Positions 9,130-19,453 are shown, numbered from the stretch's first letter. The stretch: DNA of 64,000 bases from Longimicrobiales bacterium (GCA_965219445.1 CBDCNQ010000005.1:928001-992000), one strand, 5' to 3'. Notes: generated by a model not told the origin, from the letters alone. Numbers and translations are program-made.

Positions 9130-11574
9130 TCAGCTCCTTGCGTTGGGGGTGGGGGTGGGATCGTCTCGGCTCGCGAGAACCTCGATGGCCCGGGCGAGCC
9201 CGTGGCGCTCGACGGCACGGGCCCTCTCCTCGGCGTCCAATGCGGACGAGGTGTAGAGCCAGTAGCTCTCCGGATCGACCTCGAGCCGGAGCACCGCCGC
9301 CCCGTCCGGGCGGCGGAGGTAGAGCTCGCGTTTGGGGATCAGGCCCCGGACCTGCGCCAGCTCCGAGTCGTTCAGCCGGAACAGCGCCCCGACCTCGTCG
9401 GGGAGCTCCGGGTTCGCGAGGAACAGCTTGGTCGGGATCGACTCGAGGAGCGCCGCAGCGCCGGGCGTTGCCGTCACGTCGACGGCGGACTGCGTGGCGA
9501 GGATCAGCGCGGCGTTCTTCTTCCGCCACGTCTTCGCCGCCTCGGCCAGGTAGCTCAGCACCGCCGGGTCCTGCAGGTAGCGCCAGGCCTCGTCCACGAC
9601 CATCAACTTCAGGCGCGCCGCCTCGGACGGGTCCTCGACCTCGAGGCGCATGCGCTCGAGCAGGTAGGAGAGCGCCGCGTCGCAGAGATCCGGATGCTCG
9701 ACCGCCCCGGCGAGATCGATCACCTGCCAGTCGGCGAACTCGAGATCCGGCGCTCCGACGGCCGGGTTGTCGAAGTAGCCGCCCCACGCGCCGCCTTGGG
9801 TCCAGCGGCTCCAGGCCGGCCACGTCGCGGACGGAAGCGAGCTTGCCAGGACGCTCAGCGTCCGCCGCTCCGGCTCGAACGCATACAGATCCTCAATGCG
9901 CGCCCGGATCTCGCTCGTATCCGCTCCGCTCGCTTCCCAACCGCCGAGCTTCAGCAGCCGTAGCACCCAGCCCGTCAGGAACTGGAACGTCCGCGTGCCC
10001 GCCGGGAGCGCGAACGGCTGAAGCCGGAGCGTCGGCTCCGCCTCGCCTGGCGAGAGCTCCAGGTAGCGGCCCCCGAGAAACCGGGTCAGCCAGCGGTACG
10101 AGCCGCCCAAGTCCAGAATCAGGACGCGCGGGTCGTACCTGAGAGCTTCGACCAGGAGGAAGTTCAGTGTGAAGCTCTTGCCCGAGCCCGTCGCGCCGAG
10201 CATCAACGTGTGGCCCACATCACCGGCGAACAGGTCGTAGTGGTACGCCGTGCGCCACGGGGTCTCCAAGACCGCGAGCGACTCACGGCCAAGGTGTTTG
10301 CTCTTAGCCCGGCCCTTGGGCGGCCCGAAGAGCGGCGCCAGGCACGCGGCCACTCCGGCCGATACGAACACCTTCCGCACCTGCCGCCCACGCGGCTGGG
10401 CCGGCAGCCGGGAGAACCAGGCCGGCAGCTGGCCGTAGCCCTCCCGGATCACCTTCGCGTCGTGCGCGGCGAACAGCCGACGCAGGTCGCCGTCCAGCCG
10501 CTCGATGCTTCCCAGCTCGCCGTGGAGCGCCACGGTCAGCGTCGCCTCGCCGTAGCTCACCCCGTCCGCTTCCAGCTCGACCAGCGCCTCGCCCAGACGG
10601 TCCGACTCCGTGGCCGCGGCCGAGTCGACCATCGCGGCGGCCGTGCCCTCCGTCTCCTGCACGTGCGCCATCATCGAGTAACGGCGCGCGAAGTAGTGCC
10701 GCTGCGTGCCACGGATCCGGCGCCGGGCCGCCTCCATCGCCCAGGGCCGCCACTCGAGCGAGACCGTCATCACCGCGTCCAGGCAGTAGAGCTCCCGGAG
10801 CAGGTTGGCGTAGGCTTGGCCGGGCGGGGACAGGAGCGAGTACAGGATCACCGGCTCGCCGTCGAGGCGCAGGTGCGAACGCTCCGCCTCGAGCTCCGAG
10901 AGGGCGAGCCGCCAGTTCATACCGCTCCCCGTCGCGCCGTCCCACACCGTGCCCGGACGGTTGATCAGCTCGGAGAGAAACCGCGAGGCTTCGGCGGGCT
11001 CGAGCATCTCGATCGGCGTGTGCTCCTCCACGAGTGCACGGCCCGCGTCCACCGTCGCGCGAAAGCGGGCGGCGGCGGCCTCGATCTCGGAACCGAGGTA
11101 GGTGGGCGCGCTCGCCCGGTGGCGCTGCCACCACTGCCTGAGACGGGAGGCTCTTCCCGATGTTGGCCCGTCGGCGACCGCCCGGAGCCGGGGATCGTGC
11201 GACCAGACCAGGTAGGCCCCGAGCCGCTGCACGCGGCGCGAGAGAAACGCGCCGCGCTTACGCTGCGACACCGCTACGATGCCGGAACCCTCGTCGTCAG
11301 CAGCCTCGGGCGAGGCCGGGCGGCGGAGTAGATAGAAGTAGAGGCGTGTGTCGGAGTCCAAACCCGAGAGCAACCGCTGCCAGCGGCCCAGCACGCGGTC
11401 GATCTGCTCGGGCGAACGCCCGTCGACCACCGCAGGCGCTAGCCGTCCGGCCGCGATCAGCTCGCCCGAGCGGGTCAGGCACGTGCGGCCGTCCTCGAGC
11501 CAGCCCCAGTAGGGCAGCTCCTCGGCCAGTGAGCCGGCCGCCTCGTGGTCCCGGAGCTCCGCGGAGATCCTCAT
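9130..11574 (-). CDS. virB4: VirB4/TrbE ATPase
   Basis: GHTLMLGATGSGKS Walker A, VVDEAW Walker B, RKKN, LATQS. Confidence 0.95.
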   Translation of the reverse strand: MRISAELRDHEAAGSLAEELPYWGWLEDGRTCLTRSGELIAAGRLAPAVVDGRSPEQIDRVLGRWQRLLSGLDSDTRLYFYLLRRPASPEAADDEGSGIVAVSQRKRGAFLSRRVQRLGAYLVWSHDPRLRAVADGPTSGRASRLRQWWQRHRASAPTYLGSEIEAAAARFRATVDAGRALVEEHTPIEMLEPAEASRFLSELINRPGTVWDGATGSGMNWRLALSELEAERSHLRLDGEPVILYSLLSPPGQAYANLLRELYCLDAVMTVSLEWRPWAMEAARRRIRGTQRHYFARRYSMMAHVQETEGTAAAMVDSAAATESDRLGEALVELEADGVSYGEATLTVALHGELGSIERLDGDLRRLFAAHDAKVIREGYGQLPAWFSRLPAQPRGRQVRKVFVSAGVAACLAPLFGPPKGRAKSKHLGRESLAVLETPWRTAYHYDLFAGDVGHTLMLGATGSGKSFTLNFLLVEALRYDPRVLILDLGGSYRWLTRFLGGRYLELSPGEAEPTLRLQPFALPAGTRTFQFLTGWVLRLLKLGGWEASGADTSEIRARIEDLYAFEPERRTLSVLASSLPSATWPAWSRWTQGGAWGGYFDNPAVGAPDLEFADWQVIDLAGAVEHPDLCDAALSYLLERMRLEVEDPSEAARLKLMVVDEAWRYLQDPAVLSYLAEAAKTWRKKNAALILATQSAVDVTATPGAAALLESIPTKLFLANPELPDEVGALFRLNDSELAQVRGLIPKRELYLRRPDGAAVLRLEVDPESYWLYTSSALDAEERARAVERHGLARAIEVLASRDDPTPTPNARS

Positions 11575-11873
11575 CGCCCGCTCCGGATCACGAGATGCCA
11601 CGGCTCTTCGGCCCACTTGCCCGGGTCGAAACGGGCCGGATAACGCGTCCCGGCGCGGAGCACGCCAAGCATGTCCGGGTCTTTGCGGCCGGCCAGCCAT
11701 CCGGCCCCAAAGCCGACCGCGAACACCACGCCGCCCGTCACCAGCGAAGCCGTCGCGTTCCACATCGCGAGCCCGAGCGTCGCGACGAGGAGGAACCCCC
11801 TACGCTCGACCCCCAGAATCGTCAGCGGACGGTTCAACGCCGCATAGCCGGCCCAGCGCCTCAGGCCCCTCAT
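11571..11873 (-). CDS. virB3: VirB3/TrbD
   Basis: ALNRPLTILGVER, two TMs, KDP. Confidence 0.85.
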   Translation of the reverse strand: MRGLRRWAGYAALNRPLTILGVERRGFLLVATLGLAMWNATASLVTGGVVFAVGFGAGWLAGRKDPDMLGVLRAGTRYPARFDPGKWAEEPWHLVIRSGR

Positions 11874-12160
11874 CAGAAGAGCCACGCCAGGAAGTTCGCC
11901 GCGCCCATCGCCATCCCGAGACCGAAGATGATCCCGGCCAGCGTCCGCTTGCTACCGCCCTCACCGAACGCGAACATCAGCCCGCCCACCACGATCGCGA
12001 TCAGCGACAGCCCCCTCGCGATCGGACCCGTGAACTGCGCCTGGAGCTCATTGACCGCCTCCACCCACGGGCTCGTCCCCTGCGCCCAGAGCTGACCGGG
12101 CATGAGCATCCACAGCGCGGCCCACGCAGCCGCTCGCACCGTCCTCGAGAACGTCTTCAT
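11873..12160 (-). CDS. virB2: VirB2/TrbC pilin
   Basis: Signal peptide, SPW, TGPIARGLSLIAIVVGGLMFAFGEGG. Confidence 0.9.
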   Translation of the reverse strand: MKTFSRTVRAAAWAALWMLMPGQLWAQGTSPWVEAVNELQAQFTGPIARGLSLIAIVVGGLMFAFGEGGSKRTLAGIIFGLGMAMGAANFLAWLF

Positions 12161-12699
12161 GTATCTTCCTTTGTCCTTGGGTCAGTGGGCGGCACCTCCG
12201 CGTCGCCCCGGCTTTCCGCGATCCGCTCGCGGATCCACGCGTCCACCTCCTCCTCGATCCAGCCCACGGCGCGCGAGCCCAGCAATACCGGCCGGGGGAA
12301 GCACCCCTCGCGCATCCGCACCTTGATCGTGCTCCGCCCGAGCCCCGTGCGGGCCGTCACCTCCGGCCGCCGCAGGAAGCGGGTCGGCGGATTTGTTCTC
12401 TGTTCGATCGGTTGTTCACTCATCGCTCTGCTGCTCCTCGTTCTCCTCGCCCGTGACGAAGGCTTCCGGCGCCGGTGGCCTCGGGACGGAGTCCGAGCGC
12501 CGCCCGAGTCCAGGTCGTAGTCCGCCACGAACGCCAGAACCCGGTCCGCCGTTCTCAGCGACAGCGAGCGCCCGCCGTCGAGCTGGCGCATCAGGTTCGG
12601 GTCGCCCAGCGCCTTCAAGCCGAACGTCGTCGGACTCAGGCCCGTCCGCCCGAGGAACACCCTCACACGCGAGTCGAACTGCTGCTCCAGCGTCTCCAT
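12157..12699 (-). CDS. Two-domain regulator: Cro-like HTH fused to AlpA domain
   Basis: N-terminal TTFGLKALGDPNL; C-terminal FLRRPEVTARTGLGRSTI...FPRPVLLGSRAVGW. Confidence 0.8.
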   Translation of the reverse strand: METLEQQFDSRVRVFLGRTGLSPTTFGLKALGDPNLMRQLDGGRSLSLRTADRVLAFVADYDLDSGGARTPSRGHRRRKPSSRARRTRSSRAMSEQPIEQRTNPPTRFLRRPEVTARTGLGRSTIKVRMREGCFPRPVLLGSRAVGWIEEEVDAWIRERIAESRGDAEVPPTDPRTKEDT

Positions 12700-12765
12700 G
12701 CCCGTACTGCTCCCGCGTCTTCATGGCCACAACGGTGAAGACCCGCATGCAAGGAAGTCAACTCA

Positions 12766-12779
12766 TAGGAAATCTCCTA
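12766..12779. promoter_or_regulatory. Palindromic operator candidate TAGGA-N4-TCCTA
   Basis: Perfect 5-bp inverted repeat ~70 bp upstream of the first gene of the T4SS operon. Confidence 0.45.
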
Positions 12780-13101
12780 AGTGCCTGTAACGGCTAGAGA
12801 TGGCCAGTACGGTACACGAGCTGTTGGACACCGCCGCCAGTGGCATGGCAGACACACCCTCCGCAGCGCTCGCCAGAGGTTCCCGTCAAGGGTCTTAGGG
12901 CTCGACCGGGACGTCGGCCCGGGCACGGCCGACTTGGCGTCGCTCACACGGAAGTGACAGGTTTCACATGCCGGGGCGCGGGGCGGTCGCCGAGCGGCGT
13001 GCCGTGCCTGCCGCGGCAACGGTTCAAGGGCTTCGAGAGTCGCTCCGAACAGGACGACTCTTATATTTGTGGTTCGATTTGTGACGCGGAGAGAGAAAGC
13101 C

Positions 13102-13565
13102 ATGAAGAGCCTGCCCGAGCGCATCATGGAGCACGCCGAGGCCACGCCGGAGGCCACGCCGATCTGCCCGGCCGCCCTGCTTCACCTCGGCCAAAGGGCC
13201 GCGGTGGGTCAGGCGCTCTCCCGCCTGGCCCGTTCAGGCCGGCTCATGCGGATCCGCCAAGGGGTCTACATACGCCCGATCGAGTCCCGCTTCGGGCGGT
13301 GTGCGCCGGGCATCAAAAAGTCACCCCAAGCGCTTTCGGAGCTCTGGGGCGAGACGATCGTCCCGAACGGAGGAGGCGCGGCCAACTGGCTTGGTTTGAC
13401 GACGCAGAATCCCGTCCGCTCGGTCTATCTCACCTCCGGCCGCAGTGGGCGATTGCGCTTCGGCAAGCATCCCGTCGAGCTGCGCCACGCTCCCCGGTGG
13501 CAGTTGGCGGCCCCGCACAGGATGGCGGGAGTGGTGATCCGCGCCCTGGCATGGCTCGGCCCCGT
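13102..13565 (+). pseudogene. AbiEi-like (DUF6088-type) antitoxin, 3' truncated
   Basis: ALSRLARSGRLMRIRQGVY, AANWLGLTTQNP, YLTSG. Confidence 0.75.
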
Positions 13566-13570
13566 TCGGC

Positions 13571-13765
13571 CATCAGTTGGTGTTCAAGGGCGGCACCTCC
13601 TTGTCCAAGGTGTGGCGCGCGATCCGGCGGTTCTCGGACGTCATCGACATCACCTACGACATCCGCGGCTTCGCACCGGATCTGGTTGCCGGTGCCGGCG
13701 ACGAGGCGCTGCCGCTCACGCGCAGTCAGGAGAGGCGCTGGATAAAGGCGGGCGGCCGCGACTAG
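13571..13765 (+). pseudogene. AbiEii nucleotidyltransferase toxin fragment
   Basis: LVFKGGTSLSK...RRFSDVID; both ends missing. Confidence 0.75.
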
Positions 13766-13938
13766 AAGCTGACACCACAGAGGAGCCATGAGATGTGTCG
13801 ACCGCAGGATCGAACCGGATCCGCGGCCGGCCGCGGCACGAAGCCGCCCTGCCTACCGTGTGCGGGACGGCCATCGCCCGGAGTACGACGCTCGCAAGGA
13901 CACCCGGCGCGCCGGGGACACTACTCGTCCGCCGGCGC

Positions 13939-15663
13939 CTACCAGCCCACTGTGAGTCGGCCCACCAGGCTGTGGTCGGCGTCTCCCCGGCCCAAGCTTT
14001 CGCGGCGCTGGGCGTCGAGGCCGAACTGGAAGCTCATGGCGCCACCCTGCACGACAGCCAGGCCGTAGCCCAGCCGGTAGCCGCGCCCGTACTCGGAAGT
14101 CGTGACGCCGAACCTCGGGGTCCCCACCAGCCGACTCCCGACCGGCAGCACATAGCCGAGTTCGGCGTCGATGCGGTCGCCCGATCCCGGGCCTGCCGCC
14201 CCGAGCCCCTCCATCGTATCGCGGCCCCAGAGCGCGTCGGCACCGCTCATCGCCTGTCCGCCCCAGGACGGCGCCACCCGCGCCGTGAAGCCCAGCGGCG
14301 TCTGTGGCGTCGGGTCGTAGCTGAACGACACCGACACGCCCCGTTCCCTGAACCCTTCGTCCTGATGCACGAGCAGCGTCCGCACCCGCACGTCGACCGA
14401 CAGCCCCGTGAGAGGATCCGATACGATCAGGCTCCCGGCGACGTCCGCGCCCGCGCCCGTCTCGGCGTCCCCGCCGTCGCGCCTGAGCCCGACCTCGAAG
14501 CTCGGCCGGAGCGCGATCCCATGGCCGAACACATAGCCTCTCGAGGCCTCGAGCGCCGTCCGCACACGCGTCACCACCGCTTCGGTCCCAGCCAGTCGGC
14601 CTGCCGGACCGTCCACGGCCTCGCTGCCCGTCCCGACCCACAGCGCGTCCGCCTTGAACGCCAGCCCGAACCCGCCGACACCGGCATCGACCAGATCGCC
14701 CCTCACGCCCCCGGCGAGCATCGACATCGAGAGCCCGCCCTTGAGAGCGACGGGAGCCGCGAGAGACGTTGGGAGAGACAGTGCCTCGCCCGGCGTCAAG
14801 CTCAGCGAGCCCCTCCCGTATCCGGTCACGCCCCAGAGCGTGACCCGCTCCGTCAGCTTGTAGCCCACCCACGGGTGGAGCCCCGTGACCGACGAGGCCA
14901 CCTGGCCGACATCGGCTCCCTGGTAGCCGCCCAGGCCGCGCCGGTGCGAGAGCATCAGCCCCGCCATCAGCGGCCCCTTAGCGTAGTCGGCGCCGAACAT
15001 CGTCGTGCGGACCCCGCCGTCGAGCGACAGCTCGCCGTCCCGGCCGCTGAAGCGCGACTCCATCCCGCGGCTCCAGAGCGACACGCTCGCGCCCCCGCCC
15101 GTCTCGCGGTTCAGCACGAACCCCGAGCCCATCAGCACGTCGCCGCCCCCGAGACCCGTCCGCAAGAGTTCCGCACCGCTCAGATCGGACTGGACACCCC
15201 TCGTATCCCGGGCGCCCGCAACTGCGGTGGACTGAAGCCGGCTCAGGAAGTTCCGGCCCATATCGCGCTCCATCCCACGCCTGAGCTCACGGCCCGCGAA
15301 CCGGCCCCGGAAGCCCGAGGCTCTGGACGCCTCCAACCGCTCCTCCACCTGCTCCATCACGTGGAGCGCCGTCGCCCGCCCGAACCGCGCCAGGAGAGCG
15401 CGCGGCAGCGGATCGGTGTTCTCGATCGTCCCCGTCGCTTCCGCGTCAGCCAGCCGGCCCTCCGACGGATTCAAGAGCCGGAGCGTCATCGTCTCCTCGC
15501 CCTCGTCGTGCGCGTCGTCGAGCACCGCGACCTCGACCGTCTGCGACGACTCGCCCGCCTCGAACGTCAGCGTCCCGTCCGCCGCCGTGTAGTCCGTCCC
15601 CGCCGACGCCGTACCGTTCACCGTCTGGTAGTCCACCGTCACCTGCTGGAACTCTGGGGACAT
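13939..15663 (-). CDS. Calx-beta domain + autotransporter-like beta-barrel, probably 5' truncated
   Basis: VTVDYQTVNGTASAGTDY...LDDAHDEGEETMTL (Calx-beta); amphipathic strands ending in W; no signal peptide. Confidence 0.8.
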   Translation of the reverse strand: MSPEFQQVTVDYQTVNGTASAGTDYTAADGTLTFEAGESSQTVEVAVLDDAHDEGEETMTLRLLNPSEGRLADAEATGTIENTDPLPRALLARFGRATALHVMEQVEERLEASRASGFRGRFAGRELRRGMERDMGRNFLSRLQSTAVAGARDTRGVQSDLSGAELLRTGLGGGDVLMGSGFVLNRETGGGASVSLWSRGMESRFSGRDGELSLDGGVRTTMFGADYAKGPLMAGLMLSHRRGLGGYQGADVGQVASSVTGLHPWVGYKLTERVTLWGVTGYGRGSLSLTPGEALSLPTSLAAPVALKGGLSMSMLAGGVRGDLVDAGVGGFGLAFKADALWVGTGSEAVDGPAGRLAGTEAVVTRVRTALEASRGYVFGHGIALRPSFEVGLRRDGGDAETGAGADVAGSLIVSDPLTGLSVDVRVRTLLVHQDEGFRERGVSVSFSYDPTPQTPLGFTARVAPSWGGQAMSGADALWGRDTMEGLGAAGPGSGDRIDAELGYVLPVGSRLVGTPRFGVTTSEYGRGYRLGYGLAVVQGGAMSFQFGLDAQRRESLGRGDADHSLVGRLTVGW

Positions 15664-15671
15664 CGCTGACC

Positions 15672-15797
15672 GGCTACGACCAGCTCTGGATGCTCAAGGC
15701 CCAACTCGACCACCTAGAACCAGTTGCCGAAATGAAGATGGCAGGCTAACCAAGGAGTGCCCCGGAGCCACCACCTCCAACTGTGGCTGGGACAGCT
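15672..15797 (+). mobile_element. 3' remnant of an IS256-like element
   Basis: GYDQLWMLKAQLD...stop then CAACT...TGGGA, resembling the C-terminus and right IR of the IS256 at 16902. Confidence 0.45.
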
Positions 15798-15858
15798 TCG
15801 CTTGTGCGGAATTTGACCTCACCGGCGGCGGGGAAACCCTCGTCTTCACGGACAGGAG

Positions 15859-16551
15859 TCAATCGACGCCGGTCAAAAACGAGAGCACTTCGACCATCAA
15901 GTTGTTGATCACCCGGTACTGATCAGGAGTGGCTGAGAGAATGGTCGTTTCAGACTGTACATATCGCGATGGCGACAATTCTGCGCGACAGTGTGATACG
16001 ATCTCTTGCGCTGATTCTGCTGTGGTTTCTAGATGAAACTGTAGTCCGATGGCCAACTGGCCTAGCTGAAACGCTTGGTTTACACAGCCTTCGCTGCTCG
16101 CAAGGCGGATTGCCCCGGACGGTAAATCAAAAGTCTCGCCGTGCCAGTGGAAGACCTCCACGGATGGTGGAAAACGAAACGTCGACCTGCCAATCGACGA
16201 AACACCGTATATCGGAAACCAGCCAATCTCCTTCACTGGATTCGGATATACCGGAGCGCCCATCGCACTCGCGATGAGCTGCGCACCTAGGCAGACACCC
16301 AAGACCGGTTTTCCAGCTTCCATGGCGCTATGAATGAACTGCTTCTCCTGGACAAGCCACGGGAACTCGCCCTCATCGTTGACGCTCATGGGGCCGCCCA
16401 TCACGATGAGCAGATCTATACTCTCGAGATCTGGCAACTCGGTCATTCGAAAAAACGGAGTGTTCGTTACCTCGTATCCAGCCCCTCCAAGCCACGGCTC
16501 TATCATGCCAGGGCCTTCAAATGGAACGTGACGCAGGTAGTGGGCGCGCAT
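15859..16551 (-). CDS. Class I glutamine amidotransferase
   Basis: HVPFEGPG, MGGPMSV, GVCLGAQL, HWHGETF, QFHLE. Confidence 0.9.
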   Translation of the reverse strand: MRAHYLRHVPFEGPGMIEPWLGGAGYEVTNTPFFRMTELPDLESIDLLIVMGGPMSVNDEGEFPWLVQEKQFIHSAMEAGKPVLGVCLGAQLIASAMGAPVYPNPVKEIGWFPIYGVSSIGRSTFRFPPSVEVFHWHGETFDLPSGAIRLASSEGCVNQAFQLGQLAIGLQFHLETTAESAQEIVSHCRAELSPSRYVQSETTILSATPDQYRVINNLMVEVLSFLTGVD

Positions 16552-16901
16552 TCTGTATCCGTTGCAGGCGGGATTATGCACTTGACAAAGGCCAGGCCAA
16601 GCGGGCTTGACAGCCTGCGACTGGCGCGAGACGTCCAGGGACTGGTCCTCCGCGGTCCGCAGATCCACCTTCCGCCCACCGCTCAGAACCGACAGCTCAC
16701 TCTCCATTCCGGCCATGCTCAGCAGGCCGGGAGCATGACCTGCTGCAAACTCGACCAACACGTCGACATCGCTGTCGGGACCGAAATCCGTCCGTAATGT
16801 GGAGTGAACCCCCGAGGGTGGACAGTGGGGGTTGGCTGGATTGACCGGTTGAGGGTTTCAGGCTGCATACACACTCTCGAATTCCTCAGGCGGCCTGTAG
16901 C

Positions 16902-18335
16902 GAGGGTGTCCTAAGTTTAGTTGGAATTTGAAGTGACCTCCGACCTCGGGTAAGGTGGGTGTGAGGAACACAACACCGAACCATGAGAGGAAGGAGGCCA
17001 CCAATGGAGAGAGTGCCACAGCTTGTACGTCGAGGCAAGAAGGACCGAAGGATGGGTGCGCCGAGTGAGCTGGACTGGGAAGCGATCGAGGCGCTGAGGA
17101 CCGAGATGCGGGTGGAATTGATCCAGGAATTGATACCGCTTGGGCTGGCGGAGGTGGGGCGGGTGCTGGACGAAGAGGTCGAGCGGTTGGCGGGTCCGAG
17201 GCACGCCCGCAAGGGAGAAGGAGAAGTGATCTACCGGCATGGGAGCAACCCGGGCTCGGTACGCCTGGGCGGGCAGCGTCATCCGGTCCGGGTCCCTCGG
17301 GTGCGAGGTCTGGAGGGAGAGGCGCGTCTGGAGTCGTACGAGCGCTTGCACTGGGCGGCGGGCGAGGTGGACGAGGGGTTGTTCCGCAAGGTCCTGCTTG
17401 GGATCTCGTGTCGTGACTATGAGGCCGCGGTGGAGGCAGTGCCGGGGGCGATCGGGCTGTCTAAGTCGACGGTGTCGCGGGAGTTCAAGAAGGCGACCGC
17501 CAGGCAGCTGAAGGCGTTTCAGGAACGTGAGCTTACGGAGCTCGACGTCGTGGCGCTCTTCCTGGATGGCAAGACGTTTGCCAATGACGAAATCGTCGTC
17601 GCGTTAGCCGTGACGATGGGGGGAGACAAGGTGTTTGCGGGATTCGTGCAGACGGAAACGGAGAACGCCCGGGTGATCACGAGCTTTCTGCGCTCCCTGA
17701 AGGATCGGGGACTCGATCTGTCGGCCGGAGCGCTGGTCGTGATCGACGGCGCCAAGGGGCTGAAGTCGGCAGTGACGACGGTGTTCCGGGGCCAGGTGCT
17801 TATCCAGCGCTGCCAATGGCACAAGCGAGAGAATGTGGTCTCGTACCTGCCACGCACCGAGCAGAAGGCCTGGTGTGGACGTCTGCAGCGAGCCTACGAG
17901 CGGCCCACCTACGAGGAGGCGAAGCGGGACCTGAAAGCGATGCGGGCTGAGCTGGACGAGCTCAACCAGTCGGCGGTTGCAAGCCTGGACGAAGGGTTCG
18001 AGGAGACGTTGACCCTGCATCGACTCGGCGTGTTCCCGCTGGTTGGCCGTTCGCTGAAGACGACCAACGTTCTCGAATCCGTGAACGCTCAAGCCGAACA
18101 GCGCTGTGGGAGAGTCGACCGATGGAGAAACTCGAACCATAAGCAGCGCTGGCTCGCCGCCGCGCTCATCGACATCGAGCCTCGGCTCAGGAGGCTACTC
18201 GGCTATCGCCACCTCCCGTCGCTCCGTGCCGCGATTCAGAAGGAACTCGGGATCATCCATCCCGATAGCCAGACTCATGCCGCAGCCTGAGCGTCCCGAG
18301 GTCACTCGAGTTTCAACTAGCTTTGGGATTGACTC
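16902..18335 (+). mobile_element. IS256-family element
   Basis: Imperfect ~38-bp IRs; 8-bp TSD CCTGTAGC at 16894-16901 and 18336-18343. Confidence 0.92.
16983..18290 (+). CDS. IS256 transposase
   Basis: FLDG, VIDGAKGL, QRCQWHK, TTNVLESVN. Confidence 0.93.
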   Translation: MRGRRPPMERVPQLVRRGKKDRRMGAPSELDWEAIEALRTEMRVELIQELIPLGLAEVGRVLDEEVERLAGPRHARKGEGEVIYRHGSNPGSVRLGGQRHPVRVPRVRGLEGEARLESYERLHWAAGEVDEGLFRKVLLGISCRDYEAAVEAVPGAIGLSKSTVSREFKKATARQLKAFQERELTELDVVALFLDGKTFANDEIVVALAVTMGGDKVFAGFVQTETENARVITSFLRSLKDRGLDLSAGALVVIDGAKGLKSAVTTVFRGQVLIQRCQWHKRENVVSYLPRTEQKAWCGRLQRAYERPTYEEAKRDLKAMRAELDELNQSAVASLDEGFEETLTLHRLGVFPLVGRSLKTTNVLESVNAQAEQRCGRVDRWRNSNHKQRWLAAALIDIEPRLRRLLGYRHLPSLRAAIQKELGIIHPDSQTHAAA

Positions 18336-19094
18336 CCTGTAGCCGAGGGAGGAGTGCAAGCGTCTTCGATTGTATACCTCCTCAAGGAAGTGGGGGAGTC
18401 GGTTGGCTAGGTCATCAATCGTGCTGTAGTCGTTTGCGAAGATCTCCTCGTGCTTCAGAGTTTTGAAGAAGCTCTCGACGTGCGCGTTGTCATAGGGATT
18501 TCCCCGCCGGGACATCGATCCTCGGATACCGTGGACGGCGAGGCGTGAGCCGTAGGCTCGAGACGCATACTGGACCCCGCGATCGGAGTGGTGAACCAGG
18601 CCAGCCCGCGGCTGCCGAAGATCGAGTGCGGCGTCGAGTGCGGCTAGGCAAAGACGCGTGTCCAGGAGATGGCTGATGGCATAGCCGATGACTCTGCGCG
18701 ACCACGCGTCGAGCACGACGGCGAGGAAGACGAATCCGGTGGTGAGCCGGATGTAGGTGAGATCTGCCACCCAGAGCTCGTCGGGCCCCTCAGGAGTGAT
18801 CGACGATCTCAGGTTCGGGTAGATGGGCTGCTTGTGATCGCTGTTCGTCGTAGCGAGCCATGCGCGTACCCGGTGGGGCGTGAGCGCATGCTCACGCATG
18901 ACACGCGCGACTCGCTTGTGATTAATCACCAGGCCACGTCTCCGGAGCTCGTGCGTGACCCGTCGGTATCCGTAGGCGGGGAACTCGGCCAGGATGTCTT
19001 CGATCCGAACGCGCAGATCCGTATCGGCCTTCTCCCGGGCTGCCCGGTGGCCCGCATGCGGTCTCTTGTAGAAGGTGCTCCTCGCCATGTTCAT
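18336..19094 (-). pseudogene. IS3 OrfB DDE transposase; last codons displaced to 16858-16901
   Basis: WVADLTY, HHSDRGVQY, DNAHVESFF, HSSLGYR; continues PPEEFESVYAA* beyond IS256. Confidence 0.88.
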
Positions 19095-19453
19095 GAGGCT
19101 ACATCCCCGTCGGATGGGGACGCCCCTGGACCGGAGATGATCGACGGCCGCGCGCCTTGCTGCGAGGGTCGTATCAACGCCCTTTTTTTCATGACGTCGA
19201 GCTCCATCGTCAGCTGACCGATCTTGCGCTCAAGCGCCGCAATCTTTGCCCCGTACTCGACAACCTCCTCCTGGAGGTGGATCTCCCTTGTGAGATCCCC
19301 TGCTTCGTACTTCTTGATCCAGACCATCAGCAGGGAGTGGGGGACCTCGTGTCGTGTCGCAATCGACCTCGCGCTGCCTTCTCCGTCCAGATAGGCTTGG
19401 ACGAGCTGGATCTTGAACTCTGTGCTGTACCTCCTGTGGCGTCGAACCGTCAT
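19091..19453 (-). CDS. IS3 OrfA (HTH)
   Basis: RRYSTEFKIQLV, LERKIGQLTME. Confidence 0.88.
   Translation of the reverse strand: MTVRRHRRYSTEFKIQLVQAYLDGEGSARSIATRHEVPHSLLMVWIKKYEAGDLTREIHLQEEVVEYGAKIAALERKIGQLTMELDVMKKRALIRPSQQGARPSIISGPGASPSDGDVAS

Larger units (their letters stand above)
310..12790 (-). mobile_element. ICE-like element (integrase + compact VirB-type T4SS), internally deleted
   Basis: One co-oriented, translationally coupled gene string from AlpA-like regulator to integrase; TAAG-N17-GATG core-like motifs at both putative ends. Confidence 0.75.

Noticed and set aside
133..12900. Host gene split by the ICE and restorable by joining the two flanks
   Set aside because: Joining with either 7-bp overlap introduces stop codons in the frames tested.
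15859..16761. 300-aa GATase with N-terminal extension
   Set aside because: The extension is the 3' part of the broken MNT gene; the likely start is 16551.
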